Below are positions 26,291 to 38,984 of a DNA stretch of 64,000 bases, in pieces. The position numbers and the translations under genes were made by a program. The notes under the pieces are model-generated. The model did no database searches. It worked only from the letters and a program-made list of their open reading frames with translations, and was not told the origin of the DNA. The DNA is from Lama glama (taxonomy: Eukaryota). Every line of letters begins with the position of its first letter. The first letter of the stretch is position 1. The stretch is from the NCBI GenBank assembly GCA_028534125.1, contig CM052816.1:46130001-46194000 (forward strand), read 5' to 3'.

Positions 26291-28554
26291 CACATTAACC
26301 AATACATTTGGAAATATGTTATGTATATTGACTCTAAAATCATATATTTGAGATCTATAAATCAGAAAGTCACGTGAGGTGACTTGTATTTCTAGTGCTA
26401 AGGGTACCACTATAGTCTGCACCTTATAAATGAAGAAATTGAGCCTAGGGTGTTATCCAACTCTCTCAAGGTTATATAGCTCGTATGGACTTGGAACCAG
26501 GTATGATGTCAAATGTTATGTCCTTAACCTCTATAGTTTAAATTTTTGCCTACAAAAATGGCTCACCCATACACACTCACATAAACTGTCCATTGGAATA
26601 GAAAACAAAGATTTTTTTAAGATGAATCATTAAAGCAGCCATTTTTTCCCATGGTAAGGATTATTCTTAACCCTTTTATTACCAACATTTAGCAGAGTCC
26701 TCAATAAAAGTTTTCTGAATGAATTAGTTAATAAGTTATTGAATAGGTAAGTGAATAAATTGCTTTCAGGAGTTTAAATTAAAAATTTCACTAATACCGA
26801 AGTATTTTACTGGGTAAGATGGCATACAAGATACAGATTTTCCATACCAGAACATGGTGTTTCCTGATAACACTTGTTTTTATAAAATTTGTTGTGAATA
26901 TTCTGTGAACTTTATTTTCAGGAAAAGTGATATGATCTCAGTTAACTCAGAGGGAGATTTTGAGAAATTTACCAGAATGATGAGGTTATGATATCAAAGG
27001 CTTTCAGCTAGTTATTCAACACAATTAATTTCATATATCATAAACTATAATCCCATACATTTATTTACAGTATTTGAAGGACCATATTCTAGGAATAAAC
27101 TAAATAGAAGAACATAATTACATAGAGAGGAGTTGCAAAAACATAAAGGAGGAAAAACAGAAATAATGGATAATATATGAGCTTGGAGAAGAATTCCAGG
27201 GGGATTTCTTTACCTGTTCAGAAATGGATTCAATAAGATCATTTTATTAAAGAATTTTAAATGCCATTTTTTGCCACATAAACCAGATGTGATCTTTTTG
27301 ATGCCCAAAGTGGCTCACCATGTTTGAGTGGTTTCTGACATTAAAATGTAGTCTTTAAGGCTAAGCATGGACTGACAGTGCATGTACACATTTATGTAAA
27401 TATCCATGGAGCATTACACAAACTTTGAGGGCCCTGTGATTATAAATGAACCTTTACTCAATCAACAATTTTTTAAAGCACCCCTCAGAATAAACGGGAA
27501 TTATTTAAGAAACTGTGATCTCTTCTTTTGCTTTGCCCATCCTGGGAAGAGGTCCTGCTCTCTGACATATTTTTGCAGTTTTATCTATCCAGATTGTTTA
27601 GTGTCCATTAGAGGTGAATTTATGCTCTAGAGTAGTTTTTCTTTTAGGAAAAATAAGGTCCTATAGGAATTCTAGAAGCAAGGCTCCTAACAGCACTGTA
27701 ACATAATATGGATGCAGCCAAAGCAGAGGATTCCTGAAAATAGTTCAAGAAACTCTTACAGTTCTCTCTACTGTTTTTTTAAAAACAAATCAAACAAACA
27801 AACAAACAAACAAAAAACAGTCTCTCACTCATATGAAATAAGAAATTTAAGGATAAAAATATCAGAAAACAAATTAGACTGCTCGATCTTCTGGTAAAGT
27901 AATACAATAATAATTAGTAAACAGTTACATCAGAAAATCTAAATTTTTGAGACATTTGTTAAACCAGATAGATCACATAAAGCAATTTTCAGTTAAGCCT
28001 TTTGATGCGGGCTGATATAAAATACCCAAGCACATAAGTATTCAGTGATTAAGGAATCAGAATGATTATCCAGGTTCTGTATTATCTTAGGAAAGTCACT
28101 GCACATACTGTATTCTCTAGTGCTCCTTTTCTAGTAGATTGACATACATAATAAAAGCATAGCTCATAAAATATTCTTCATATGTCATTACCATTTAAAA
28201 ATATTGAGTATTTGAAAATAATATTCCAAGTTAGCAACACTTTGTAGTTCAAATGTTTAGTTTGGGCCTACTTAGAGATTTCTAAATGCTTTTTCTTCCT
28301 TTGGGTACTTTAAACAATTAGAAGTGATCCTTCACAGACTGGATATGCAAGTTGGTTATCTAGAATTTGCAAATTTTAGGAAGGTTAAAGCAGAAGGTAA
28401 TGTCCCAGAGGGTGAAGGAAATTGTAGTTGAAATCAATACCTTGTAGCAAACTCTGTCCAGAAAATGAGTGTCATCAGTGACCATGATCTCCTCTTCACG
28501 TGTCCTTTCGTGGGAAGCTTGTACACTAAATTGAGCTGGATGTTATTAAAGTTA

Positions 28555-28750
28555 GAGTCTATTGAGAACTTACTAAGTCCTAGATAGTATCTTAAACATT
28601 CTCATTTGGGAATTTTTCATCTTATTAAGAAGCTTAGGAGGAAGTTAATATCGATATATCAAAGAAGAGTTAACTGAGGCACAGAGAAGTTAAATTCTCC
28701 AAGTTCACATAGCCTGTAAGTGATGGATTCAGGATAAGCTAAAGGCTCAT
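28555..28750 (-). mobile_element. MIR SINE
   Basis: aactgaggcacagagaagttaaattctccaagttcacatagcctgtaagtgatgga. Confidence 0.75.
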
Positions 28751-29970
28751 GTTTGAACCTCTAAACTCCTTGGGATACCAAATTAGGAAGGGCATATGTT
28801 TATTAATAAAAGGAAAAGAGATTTGTAATGAATATGAATTTTATATAGTAATAGACTCATTATATAGAGATATATATTTACTTAAATTACATATTTTGTT
28901 TATTTTACTTTTACTGATATTTATTCATTTTCAAAGTTATAAAACTTAAATACCCCTAATGACTATAAGCATGTAGTTAGTTTTTGATTAAATAGCCATG
29001 TTGCTGAAATATTATTTGTAAATAAATTTTTCATTGGCCAAATGAAAATTAAATGTTATATACTATGTTACCCTCTAGAGGAAGCCTCCACATATATTTA
29101 TCAATAAATTTAAAAATGTCTTATTCAATTATAATTAGTCAACTAGTATAATTATAAATCTGTGAGATCCCGGCAATGTCAAAATATTTCTAGAGCTGCA
29201 TACTTTCAGAACTCCAACAGATACCCAAACCCAATCTCATCATGAAGCCAGAAAATATACTGAAGTCTTTGTGGTTACTTTGATTTGCTGACTATTTGGC
29301 CCTCTGCAAGTTTTGTAACCAGTGGTGAACCTCATGGCTCCTTTCTAGGGCCAAACCTCATTCTGGCATAGTACCATAGTTTGGTCATTTCTATGAGAAA
29401 ATGTGTTCTACTGTTCAACCAACTCATTTTAAAATGAATACTGCTAGTACAACTATGGATATATGCAGAATATCCCACATTAACTTATATTAACTTACAC
29501 TGCATGTTATACTGTTTGTTAGCTACTATTGTATTAAGCCTCATAATGTCTTTCTTGAGGTGCATTTTTATTTTAGGGTGCCTCCTTCTTGAAGTTAAGA
29601 GCTAAAATTTGTCATTTTTTTTCCTCCTCTTTTATTTATTTTCCTTTCTTTTCAACCAATACTTATTTAAATTCTTAGACCAGGCATTTTGTTATCGAAG
29701 GCTTTACACCCCTAGGCATGATTCAGAAAGAAAATGTCAATCATCTGCTGATTTTCCAGGCTCAACTTTTTTTCTATTATCCTGGTAATCTCAAAGCATT
29801 TACAGATATCTTGGCATGAAATGAGTATGTGAGCATAGTGTTTGAGATGCCATCTTCATGAAATAAAAATAAATTCATTTATTATATATTTAGTAAATTT
29901 AGTTATTATCAACGCTAAACACAAATATTAGGTCATCAATAAAATATTCCTTTATTTCTTTCCAATATTT

Positions 29971-30006
29971 TATATATATAGATATATATATATATCTATA
30001 TATATC
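29971..30006. repeat. (TA)n-based microsatellite
   Basis: atatatatagatatatatatatatctatatatat. Confidence 0.85.
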
Positions 30007-30089
30007 TGATTTTAATCAGAGTGCACACATAAATAACATTCATGAAGAATACAGAAAACTTCATCTAGTGAATGTTCTATAATTTCTTA

Positions 30090-30611
30090 TTGTTAGACAT
30101 TTCATTATCTATTTTAGCATGGCAAACTGTCCCCCCAGGTATTAGTTTAAAAGGCAAGTATTTTATTTAATCTGGATTTTATGGGTCAAGAATTGAGACG
30201 AGGTACTGCAGGAACATCTTATTTCTGCTCCATAGTGTTTGGGGTCCCTCTTTGTATTGTTCAAATGGCTAGGTGCTGGCTCAGATGTTGGACTGGGGCT
30301 GGGTCATGTGTCTGGTCTTTTTGTTCTCCTCCATGTAGACTCTTTACCTAGCTAACTTGGGCTTCCTCACAGCATGTTGGCCTCAGGAGCTTCAGATTTC
30401 TTACAGTGTTGTCGATTTTCTTCCATGGAGACAGTAGAAGCTGCCGCACCTGTTAAATACTAGAACTGGAACTGTTACAGTGACACTTCTGCTATACTAG
30501 TGGTCAGTAAATCACTAGGCCAGCCCCGATTCAAGGAAAGGGGAAAAGTAGCAAGTACATACACACGGGGAATGAATTGATGGTGCCTATTTTCATAGAC
30601 TATCTGCCACA
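30090..30611 (-). mobile_element. MaLR solo LTR (MLT1H/G-like)
   Basis: ttgggcttcctcacagcatgttggcctcagg, cacttctgctatactagtggtc...aggccagccccgattcaagg, ends ctgccaca. Confidence 0.8.
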
Positions 30612-30939
30612 ATATGTAATCCGTTTGCCAGCTGTCATCATGTTCTGCTCTGGCAGATTATATTTTAATACTTCCCAAACCTTAATTCAAAATTGAATCC
30701 ATTTATCAGATTTCCCAGAAAATCTGAACATACCAGAAATTTGTTGTGCTGACATAAAACAGTTACCATATCACTAAGTACACAACATTTTATTTAAACA
30801 ATTCTTATTTTCTCTACAGAGTAATTCTTTCCCTGCAAAAGAATTCGTATACCAACAGCCAAGATGATGATTTTGTCCTTCATCACACAAGAATATAGCA
30901 TCTTCATTGCGTGCTTGCTAGAACTTGATATTGAGAAGG

Positions 30940-31166
30940 TTTTTTAATGTTTTATTATGAAATATTACAGTCACATATGAAAGTGTAGAGACTGGTGTAG
31001 GACACACTTTTGTAGCTATGCCTCAGCTTTAAGAATTATCATCTCATGGCCAGTCTTATTTCTCCTATACATCACTCAGCTACTACCTACCTTTCCCCAA
31101 CCTCTCTGATTATTTTTAAGCAATGTGGAGATATTACATCATTTCATCTGAAAATTATTCTCTACA
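30940..31166 (-). mobile_element. L1MC4/5-like 3' UTR fragment
   Basis: tttattatgaaatattacagtcacatatgaaagtgtagaga...atcatttcatctgaaaattattc. Confidence 0.6.
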
Positions 31167-31239
31167 TTAGCACTAGACCCAAGTGAACAGTACTAGCTCA
31201 GGTGTTGGGCCCACTCCAGTTTATAGTGGTAAAAAGAAA

Positions 31240-32545
31240 CCCTTATCTGCCTACAGCTGTGAGCAAAAGCTTGCTGTTCACTTTGTATATAGGGCTAACT
31301 AGACTGGAATACAGATATAGATATAGATATGCATATAGATATAGAGAGAAACAGACTCCTGTCTAGTGGTAAATTACTTGAATTAGGGACCTTAAAGGAA
31401 CAAAATTAGAGGATCAGGCCCAAGGATGTCTGAGGGAGAGATGTATGGATAAATCTATGGAGTTGGGTATAATGGAGGCAGATCCTTGTGCTTCATGTTA
31501 GTGCATTTATGAGAACCTTCACTGTAGGGAGGTTCTCAGAAACTAGAGGGACATTCTAATGCTAGTACAATGGGCCCAAGAAGAGTATGTGCCTGTTGGT
31601 AGGGACAGATGTCTTGTGTATGTCCAGCAATATGTGCTCCTTCTCAACAAATCTGACCATGCTGCTGCCACTGATGAAGTCTTGAGTTGGAATCACCAGA
31701 AATGGATTCTGAGCTCTCAGTATGGCAGCATTTCTCAAGTGACTCTGTAGTCACTCTGTGGAAGTTTGGTTACATCATTCTTGTCCACCTTCCATGGTCA
31801 ATGATAATTTTACCAAGCAGATTCTTACCCTACACTGGATATTGATTTGCCTTCCATTTCTGACATGCTGCTACCACCTCCCCCACCTCAGGGCTTACCA
31901 AGGTGTCTCATCTATTAACATGATACCCATATGATGTTGCTTCAGACCAAGTAACCCATTTTTATTATAAGGGAGGAAATACATTAGGCCCTAGCATATT
32001 GATATTCACTTGTCTTAACATATATTCCTGAACCAGAAGCAGGCAGCTAGATAAATAGAACATTATGATTATCTAAGGTACCACCTCTGGAATTTGTGCT
32101 CTGTCTTCCATGATTTGATGTATTTACTGAACTACTGGCCATTATTAGGTGCTGTGCACTTAATAGCTATTATTTGCGTTTTGGGAAAAGGAATTGAAGT
32201 GTAATTAGCCCCTTTTATCATCGTACCTTGTGACTCAGTTGTGAAATTGTTGATTGTCATCCCCATAGTCCTATGTTCTGCCAGATTTGAGATTCTGTTT
32301 TCTATGTATGAGGTGGGGTATTATTTTGCCAGGGTATACACTTCAAGTTCCCCTGAACTTATAGTTCTGACCAACCACCATCTGGTTAGTTTGAGCTCTA
32401 AGATGGAAAAAAAAAAGATTATCTTTATTGGCATAGGTAACTGACATTGATGGACTAAGGCTTGCTGCTACACAGTGGGGGCAAACAAGAATAGTTTCAA
32501 GCCCACTGGGTTCCTAAGGACATCTCTAGATGTTTCTGTGCCCAG
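31240..32545 (+). pseudogene. Decayed ERV-L class pol: RNase H, integrase and dUTPase remnants
   Basis: ORF 31559-31750 VQWAQEEYVPVGRDRCLVYVQQYVLLLNKSDHAAATDE..SQYGSISQ aligns by eye to ERV-L integrase AQWAHEQSGHGGRDGGYAWAQQHGLPLTKADLATATAE..PRYGTIP. Upstream TDS..V*GRDVWINL..LHVSA matches RNase H; gcttcagaccaagtaacccatttt reads ASDQVTHF (ASDQGTHF); downstream VPLN and LLLHSGGKQE match the ERV-L dUTPase. Many stops and frameshifts. Confidence 0.85.
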
Positions 32546-32547
32546 CA

Positions 32548-32865
32548 TCCTGCATATCAGCCACTTCTCCAAACGGGGAAATGGTATTTAGAGACCGTAT
32601 TACAGGTGTTAGAGATCCTCACTGCTACATACTTGGTCGTGTTTCTAGGCTTTTCTGAAAAAAAATCATGAATTCATCTTGATACTTCCAATTCAAATTC
32701 AAGATTATTTGCTTTTTTGATTAATAGTCTATTTTTATCTGTATCTTTTGTCTCCTCACTGACAATTCAAGGTCTAAGTAAGACCACCTAAATACTTACT
32801 TGCTTTATCCTATTATGTACACATAATAGTCTTAGAATAATGCTACTAGTATTATTGTTCACCGA
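32548..32865 (-). mobile_element. L1MC4-like 3' UTR fragment
   Basis: atcagccacttctccaa...ggaaatggtatttagagacc...catgaattcatcttgatacttccaattcaaattc. Confidence 0.65.
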
Positions 32866-32874
32866 GTGGTTACT

Positions 32875-33257
32875 GACAAATATTGTATGATCTCACTTAC
32901 ATGTGGAATCTAAAATAGTCAAATTTATAGAAGCAGAGAGCAGAATGGTGGTTGCCAGAGGCCGGGGGAAGGTTAGATGGGGAGGTGGTGGTTTAACAGT
33001 ACAAAGTTTCAGTTACGTAAGATAAATAAACTCTGGAGATCTATTAAACAGCATAGTGCCTTTAGCTAACAAAATATATTGTATGCTTAAAATTTTCTAA
33101 ATGAGTATATCTTGTATTGAGTGTTCTTTCCACAAAATAATAATAGTAATAATGAAGGAGACAGGAGAAAACTTCACTTTGGGAGGTCACAGATGTGCTT
33201 ACAGTTTTGATGGTGGTGATGGTTTTACATGTGTATACTTATCCCCGAACTCATCAC
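32875..33257 (+). mobile_element. L1MA10/L1MB-like 3' UTR
   Basis: gacaaatattgtatgatctcacttacatgtggaatctaaaatagtcaaatttatagaagcagagagcagaatggtggttgccagagg. Confidence 0.88.
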
Positions 33258-36200
33258 CCGGGCTCAACCACATAGAAAATAATTTTTAGTTTTTGAACTG
33301 AATGGAGTGGACTGAAAATAGAAAACGTAAAAAGTTCACATTCTCACTATGAAAATTGTGAAACCTGAATCAGGGTTCTGTTTTTCTTTACTGAATAAAA
33401 TTTGCCATTAAGATAGAATATGGAAACAAAGAAAAATTATAGGGCTTTGTCTTAATTCAACTGATACTATTTCATTAAAATTGGCAAATCAGACAATTCG
33501 GTGCCCCAAAGATAAGCACTGTCAAATGTGGTAGATTTTCTGCCAGGACATTATACAGTTATCTGTATGTTTATGTGTGTGTTTCACTGAGATTATATAG
33601 CATATAGTTTATATTCTGGTTGTTGCTTATAGAAGAGAAAAGAGAAAGGAATGTTTTTTGTAGTTTTCCACATTTTACATATGACTGTCAAGGCTTTTGA
33701 TAGGGGATGGCAACTAGCCTTCAAGAAAAACCCATCAGGAATATGCAGAAGTGCCTGTTTCACTGTACCCTTCCAACAATGAATATTAGCAAATGCTTGG
33801 CAGACAAAAATACTGTTGTCTTAATCTAAAATATTTAATACCAGTATGATTAGATATTTTTTCATATGTTTAGTGGACACTTATAAAACTCCTTTTAGTA
33901 AAGTCATTTTCCCAATTTTTTTATTAGGGCATTCTAAAGACATCTTCAACATACAGCAAGTTCTGGCTTAGAGAGCCTCTTTGCTGGCCACTCAGAGAAT
34001 GAAACACACATACAGACACGCAGATAGACACACACATTTGCAGACAGTTAGTAGTTCCTGAAATATTACATACCTTATCTATATGTCATCTCTCATAAGC
34101 AGTAGTTAGCTGTTATATAAGAGTATTATATAATATTATAATTATCTGATTAAAGTAGGGGAATAGAAAATGCATACATTTTTTAATATGAATAAGAGTA
34201 AAGTAAAATGAAGAAAGGCTACACAATATATTGGTAAGTTTAAAAGCACGGAACATAAAATCAGAATTTTTTGGTCTCTGAACTATACCTTAGAAGTACA
34301 TGAGGCACGTTAGGAAGTTGAATCAGAGTATTATGTACTATTTTATAAGTCCTGCTTGTAAGTGACCTAAATACAGCCATTTCTAAGTGGCCTGAGAGAG
34401 GCAGCTTCCGAGGGTGTAAAGTTATAACCAGGCAACAGCTTGAGCTATGAAAGAGTTAAATCAGTAGGTTTTAAGAGCATTGCCCTGGGAGGGCTGGCAT
34501 GGGGGTGAGAGACAAAGATTATAAATATGGCCCGGGTCTCCCTGTATCTGGGAGCACATCCTGAATCATTACGGTACTCTTCTGGAGCTGACACTCCTCA
34601 TAATGTTCCTCCGGGTTATCAGTCCTTAAAAAATCTGGAGCCACAGGATGACATTTAACTTCGAACTCTCTCCTTTGTATTTAGCAAAGCAAGTGCTAAT
34701 GAGGTACAGAAGCTAGGATAATAATTGCAAGAACATTTGTTAGAACTCTTGCAGTTTCTAACAGAGGCTAGTGAAGTTACTGAAGAGCAAGATTTCACAT
34801 TTGATTGTAAGCTAATTGAAGAATCCTTTTTGACTTTTGAAAGAAACCAAAAGTAAAGAAAAATGAACAATTTAAATAGCAAAGCAAATTTGAGGAATTT
34901 AATAGCTGCTAAAAATATTTACACTTAAAATATCATTTAAAAATATTTTTACTTTCCTCCAAGAGCTCAGTGTTGGCACTAGTATTGTAGTATTTCCCAT
35001 ATACTGCAATATATTATGTTATGATCACTTCCCTACTGCATTACATGTTTTGTGGGAGCCAGGTCCAAGGTCCATGAGTCATTCACCTATATATAGTCAC
35101 CATTTTATTTCATTTTGTCCTGCTCAGGGCTGAATAGATGAGTACCATATTTATTAATGACTATAACATTTACAAAAACAAGGTTGTTTTGTTTTGTGCC
35201 AACTCAACTGCTTCTGTGTACTTGTGTAAAGTACAACATAAATTTTAAGAAGCTGTAAATACTTTGGAAATCACCATTCTTACTTTTACACTTGAAGAGT
35301 AATTTGTTAAATCATCATAATATGAGAATCTGAATATAAACTGGGCTTGACCATGTCTTCCATTGTGAAAAAAATGAGAATGCAATCAAACATATGTTTT
35401 AATAAATAGAGTCAGACATTATTTTTGTGAAATATATTACAATAAAAAGTTGCCATTTTCAAGTCAATTTTCAAATTTTAACAAATATAAAGGATTTAGC
35501 TACAGTCTTTGTACTATTCTGGGTAATAAAGGAAGAAAGTATTTGAAGTTTGCAATTTTGAATCAGGCAATAAGATTTTTGTGGCACTAATTATAAAGTA
35601 GGTATTTATATGATTTTAATTCCAAAGCATGTGTTAGCTGTTGCTCTTTTAATGTCTGTCTGTGGCTTGGTAGTACCTTGAGGAGGGCGAATAGACCAAA
35701 TAAGGAAAAAAATAATAATTCTAGCTCTTTTACCAATGTGTGTTAATATCAAGTTTTTTTCTTTCTTTTACTTTTTTAAAAAAAAATTATCACCCTGTCA
35801 AAATTAAATGTGCAATTCACAGGAAATTTAAAGGCTAGTTAATATATTTCAATATATTTGAAGTCTCTTTGAATTTTTAGATGCATTATTTCTTTAGGAA
35901 ACAAAATGCAAAATTAATTTAACATCTTTGTATTATGCACTATTTACTCATTTTGCATCTGTCAGCTTAATAGTAGTATTTGGTACTCCTTGGTTATTTT
36001 CTTAAACAAGAGCTTTTCTTTATTTTAAAATCTCTAACACAGGAGTTTTTTTCCTAATTCAAGCAGAATGTTTGAATTTTTTTACCTGTGACCTGTACCT
36101 TTTTGTTCTACTTGCGTCAGTACTTGAAGTTAAATGTCTGTACCACATTACCTATGTCTAAACGGTCTTATGGAAGTGAAATAGGATGGTATAACTTCAA

Positions 36201-36634
36201 AGAACAGTATAAAAGAAGGAGAAAGAACAGGGTAACAGAAATTCAGAAGGAAACAGATTGTTCTCCCTGAGGGAAAAGTGAAAAAAATTTGCAAAAGAAC
36301 TGGTCTCTTTTTTTAATCTCTGGGATGAAAATGGTAACCATAGAAATAACAATAAAACTTAGATTTCCTTGTCAAAGAATTTCTCTTGATGAATGACAAT
36401 TTTCGATAATATTTTTAGATCTTTGACTTATCGCCCTTCCCAATATTTTAGAATTTCTGGATAGAATTCATCTGTGCCACTCATGGACTAACAACTTGGC
36501 CTGAAAATTGAAACAGAGCTAAAAATTTGAGCTTCTTACAATGACAGAATATAACATACAAAGCACAACTGTTAGCTTTCTATAGGGGATGGGAGAGAAA
36601 AAGAAAGAATTGAGACTCATTCCTCACTCATATT

Positions 36635-37050
36635 TTTACCAGTTATGTTCTTTCCACTTATAAGGCATAAAAACTCCTTAACTAGTTTAAGAGAAACCTT
36701 AGTGGCAGAACAGAAAAATAGCTTATGAAATTTAAGAAAATAACTAAGTAAATCCAAACTTGAAAGAAGGAACTAAACTACAACACAAGTTTATAAATTT
36801 TTCTTTCTAGAATGCTATTCTTCCCGGGAATTTACTCCAATTACTCTTGGCCTTGGGGTTTTTATCTACCAAACATCCTGGAAGAGAGTCTGAAGGGGTC
36901 AAGTTAAATCAGGTGACTACTCCTGGGTCAGTCATCTGTGACCAATCCTAAATTCAGGGAGGGTGAATAAAATCACTGAGAGCTACCCACCCCCTGCCAC
37001 CACTACTTGGGAGACAGTTCCCAGGGAAGTGGTAAGCATTTGGGCAGCAC
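36635..37050 (-). mobile_element. Possible old MaLR LTR remnant
   Basis: tcaggtgactactcctgggtcagtcatctgtgacca and cagttcccagggaagtgg words; highly diverged. Confidence 0.35.
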
Positions 37051-37178
37051 CATCATTTTAAAAGGCACTGACAGGTTACCCATACAATTAGTGTCAACAT
37101 TCAAAACTATCATGTTCAGGTCATAAATTACTAAACAGACCTGAGTATAGCGAAACCACTGACCTCACTGCTAAAGAA

Positions 37179-37400
37179 ATTCATTCATTTATTCACTCAT
37201 TAGTTTATTTACACATTAACTAAGCATTTATTATGAGAGAGACACCATGCTATATAATTAGGATATAAAAGTAAGTGAGATACAATGTTAGGTTTTAAGA
37301 GTTTATGGTTTATCGAAAGGGACAAAACGTGCATGTGTTAAAAATAAACATACAGTCTTCAATGATAAGAACAATTAAAGATGCTAAGCAGTGAATTTAA
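37179..37400 (-). mobile_element. L2 LINE 3' end
   Basis: attcattcatttattcactcat...taagcattttattatg...ggatataaaagtaagtgagataca. Confidence 0.65.
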
Positions 37401-38318
37401 GTTTGAGGGGAACAGAATGCATTTTATGTATTCATATTCTCCTAAATTCAGTGCAACCAGGACTCTCCCAGGATCCATATTTAAAACAAGCATAGCAGAG
37501 CCTGTCTCTTGCATCTGTGTCTGTGTTAATATGCTATGGGTTTCCTGCCTCTCTCTGTTGCACTCCTGTCACTTTTATTTTTGAATGAAAGGCCTTGGTT
37601 TTTAGATTAGATTTCACTGTCCTCTCGAAGACCCCTCTGATTTATAGATCGTGTTCACCAACAATTTTTCAGTGCCTAACATGCTCCTATTGTAGAGTTA
37701 TGCCTCTGTCCTATCCCCAAGAAGAGAACAGAACGAACAATACAGTAATGACAAATACAGTCTTCTCACTTTTTTTCAGTCCTGCTCAGGGCTTTCCATG
37801 GTAAGAAAAAGTATAATGCAAAGGAAGTTTTTCTTTTCTTGTGTCCAGGACTATGCCTAGCTTAGGCCCATGCAAGGATTAATAGGTATAAAAGCTGAAT
37901 GAATTTTTTCAGAAATATGATGTTTTGATTTTTCAAAAAGTTATTAGGCCTGTGTCCAGCTTCTGCAATTAGAAGTGTAAATGTAAGATAGCAGGTTTGT
38001 GTTTAGTGCAATTATTTAATTCTATTTAAAGAAAAGTGTTCTATATATTTGAAACCATACAGTGAAGTACTTTCATATTCAAACATGTGAGTATATTCTT
38101 ATTCAGTAATAGTTTTATGTCTACCAGACAGTCTCTGTGTAATAAGAAATATGTACTTTTCTTAAAAAGTTGGTGTTATTTAAAATTATCTGATGTCAAA
38201 GTACTTACCTATCCTGATTTGAAAAGAACAAATAGCTCTAGACAAACCATATGTAAATGTTAAAATAAACATAAGGGTTTTAATGAAAGGAATTGAAGGT
38301 TGTATACACACAGTTACA

Positions 38319-38646
38319 CAGTCAGCCCTCTGTATCAGCAGGTTCTGCATCCACAGATTAAACCAATATTAGATTGAAAGTGTTAAAAATTCCAGAAATT
38401 TCCAGAAAGCAAAACTTGAATTTGCTGCATGCCAGCAACTATTTACATAGCATTTACATTGTATTTACAACTATTTACATAGCATTTACATTGTATTAGG
38501 TATTACAAGTAATCTCAAGATGATTTAAAGTATACCAGAAGGTATGCATAGGTTATATGCAGATAGTAGACCATTTTACAGAAGAGGATTTTGGTATTTG
38601 CAGGGGATCCTGGAACCAGTCTCCTGCAGATACTGATGGACAGCTG
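38319..38646 (-). mobile_element. MER2-family non-autonomous Tigger (TcMar) DNA transposon
   Basis: Imperfect TIRs cagtcagccctctgtatc / gatactgatggacagctg followed by TA; internal tattaggtattacaagtaatctcaagatgatttaaagtata and ggatcctggaacca match the MER2 reverse complement. Confidence 0.88.
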
Positions 38647-38648
38647 TA

Positions 38649-38880
38649 TGTGTTGTGAAATGATCACCATGATAAGTCTAGTTAGCATCCATTACCACAC
38701 ATAATTACACATTTTTTTTCCTTATGGTAGAAACGTTTAAGATCTATTCTATTAGCTGCATTCAAATATACAGTACTGTATTGTTAACTATAGTCACAAT
38801 CCTGTACATTATGTCCCCATGGATTATTTTTTTTTAACTGAAAATTTTACCTTTTGACCACATTCACCCATTTCTCCTTC
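38649..38880 (-). mobile_element. L1MA9-like 3' UTR fragment
   Basis: ttgtgaaatgatcaccatgataagtctagttagcatcc...tacagtactgtattgttaactatagtcacaatcctgtacatt. Confidence 0.8.
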
Positions 38881-38984
38881 ACCTTCAGTTTTAATTATCA
38901 TCAATTTTAAGTTTAATTTTAGTCATCATCTTTAATTTTGGGGGAACATCCATGAATAAATATAAAGGGTAATTGTGTAGGGGA

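Noticed and set aside
26922..26984. Coding exon KSDMISVNSEGDFEKFTRMM
   Set aside because: The acceptor is plausible but the donor (gttatg) is poor and I do not recognise the peptide
31559..31750. Domesticated integrase gene
   Set aside because: The zinc-binding His/Cys residues are lost and the surrounding pol has many stops and frameshifts
35117..37793. Shared 15-mer GTCCTGCTCAGGGCT at 35117 and 37779 as a TSD or duplicated exon
   Set aside because: Roughly one or two 15-mer coincidences are expected in 64 kb, there is no element-like content between them, and the first copy lacks splice sites
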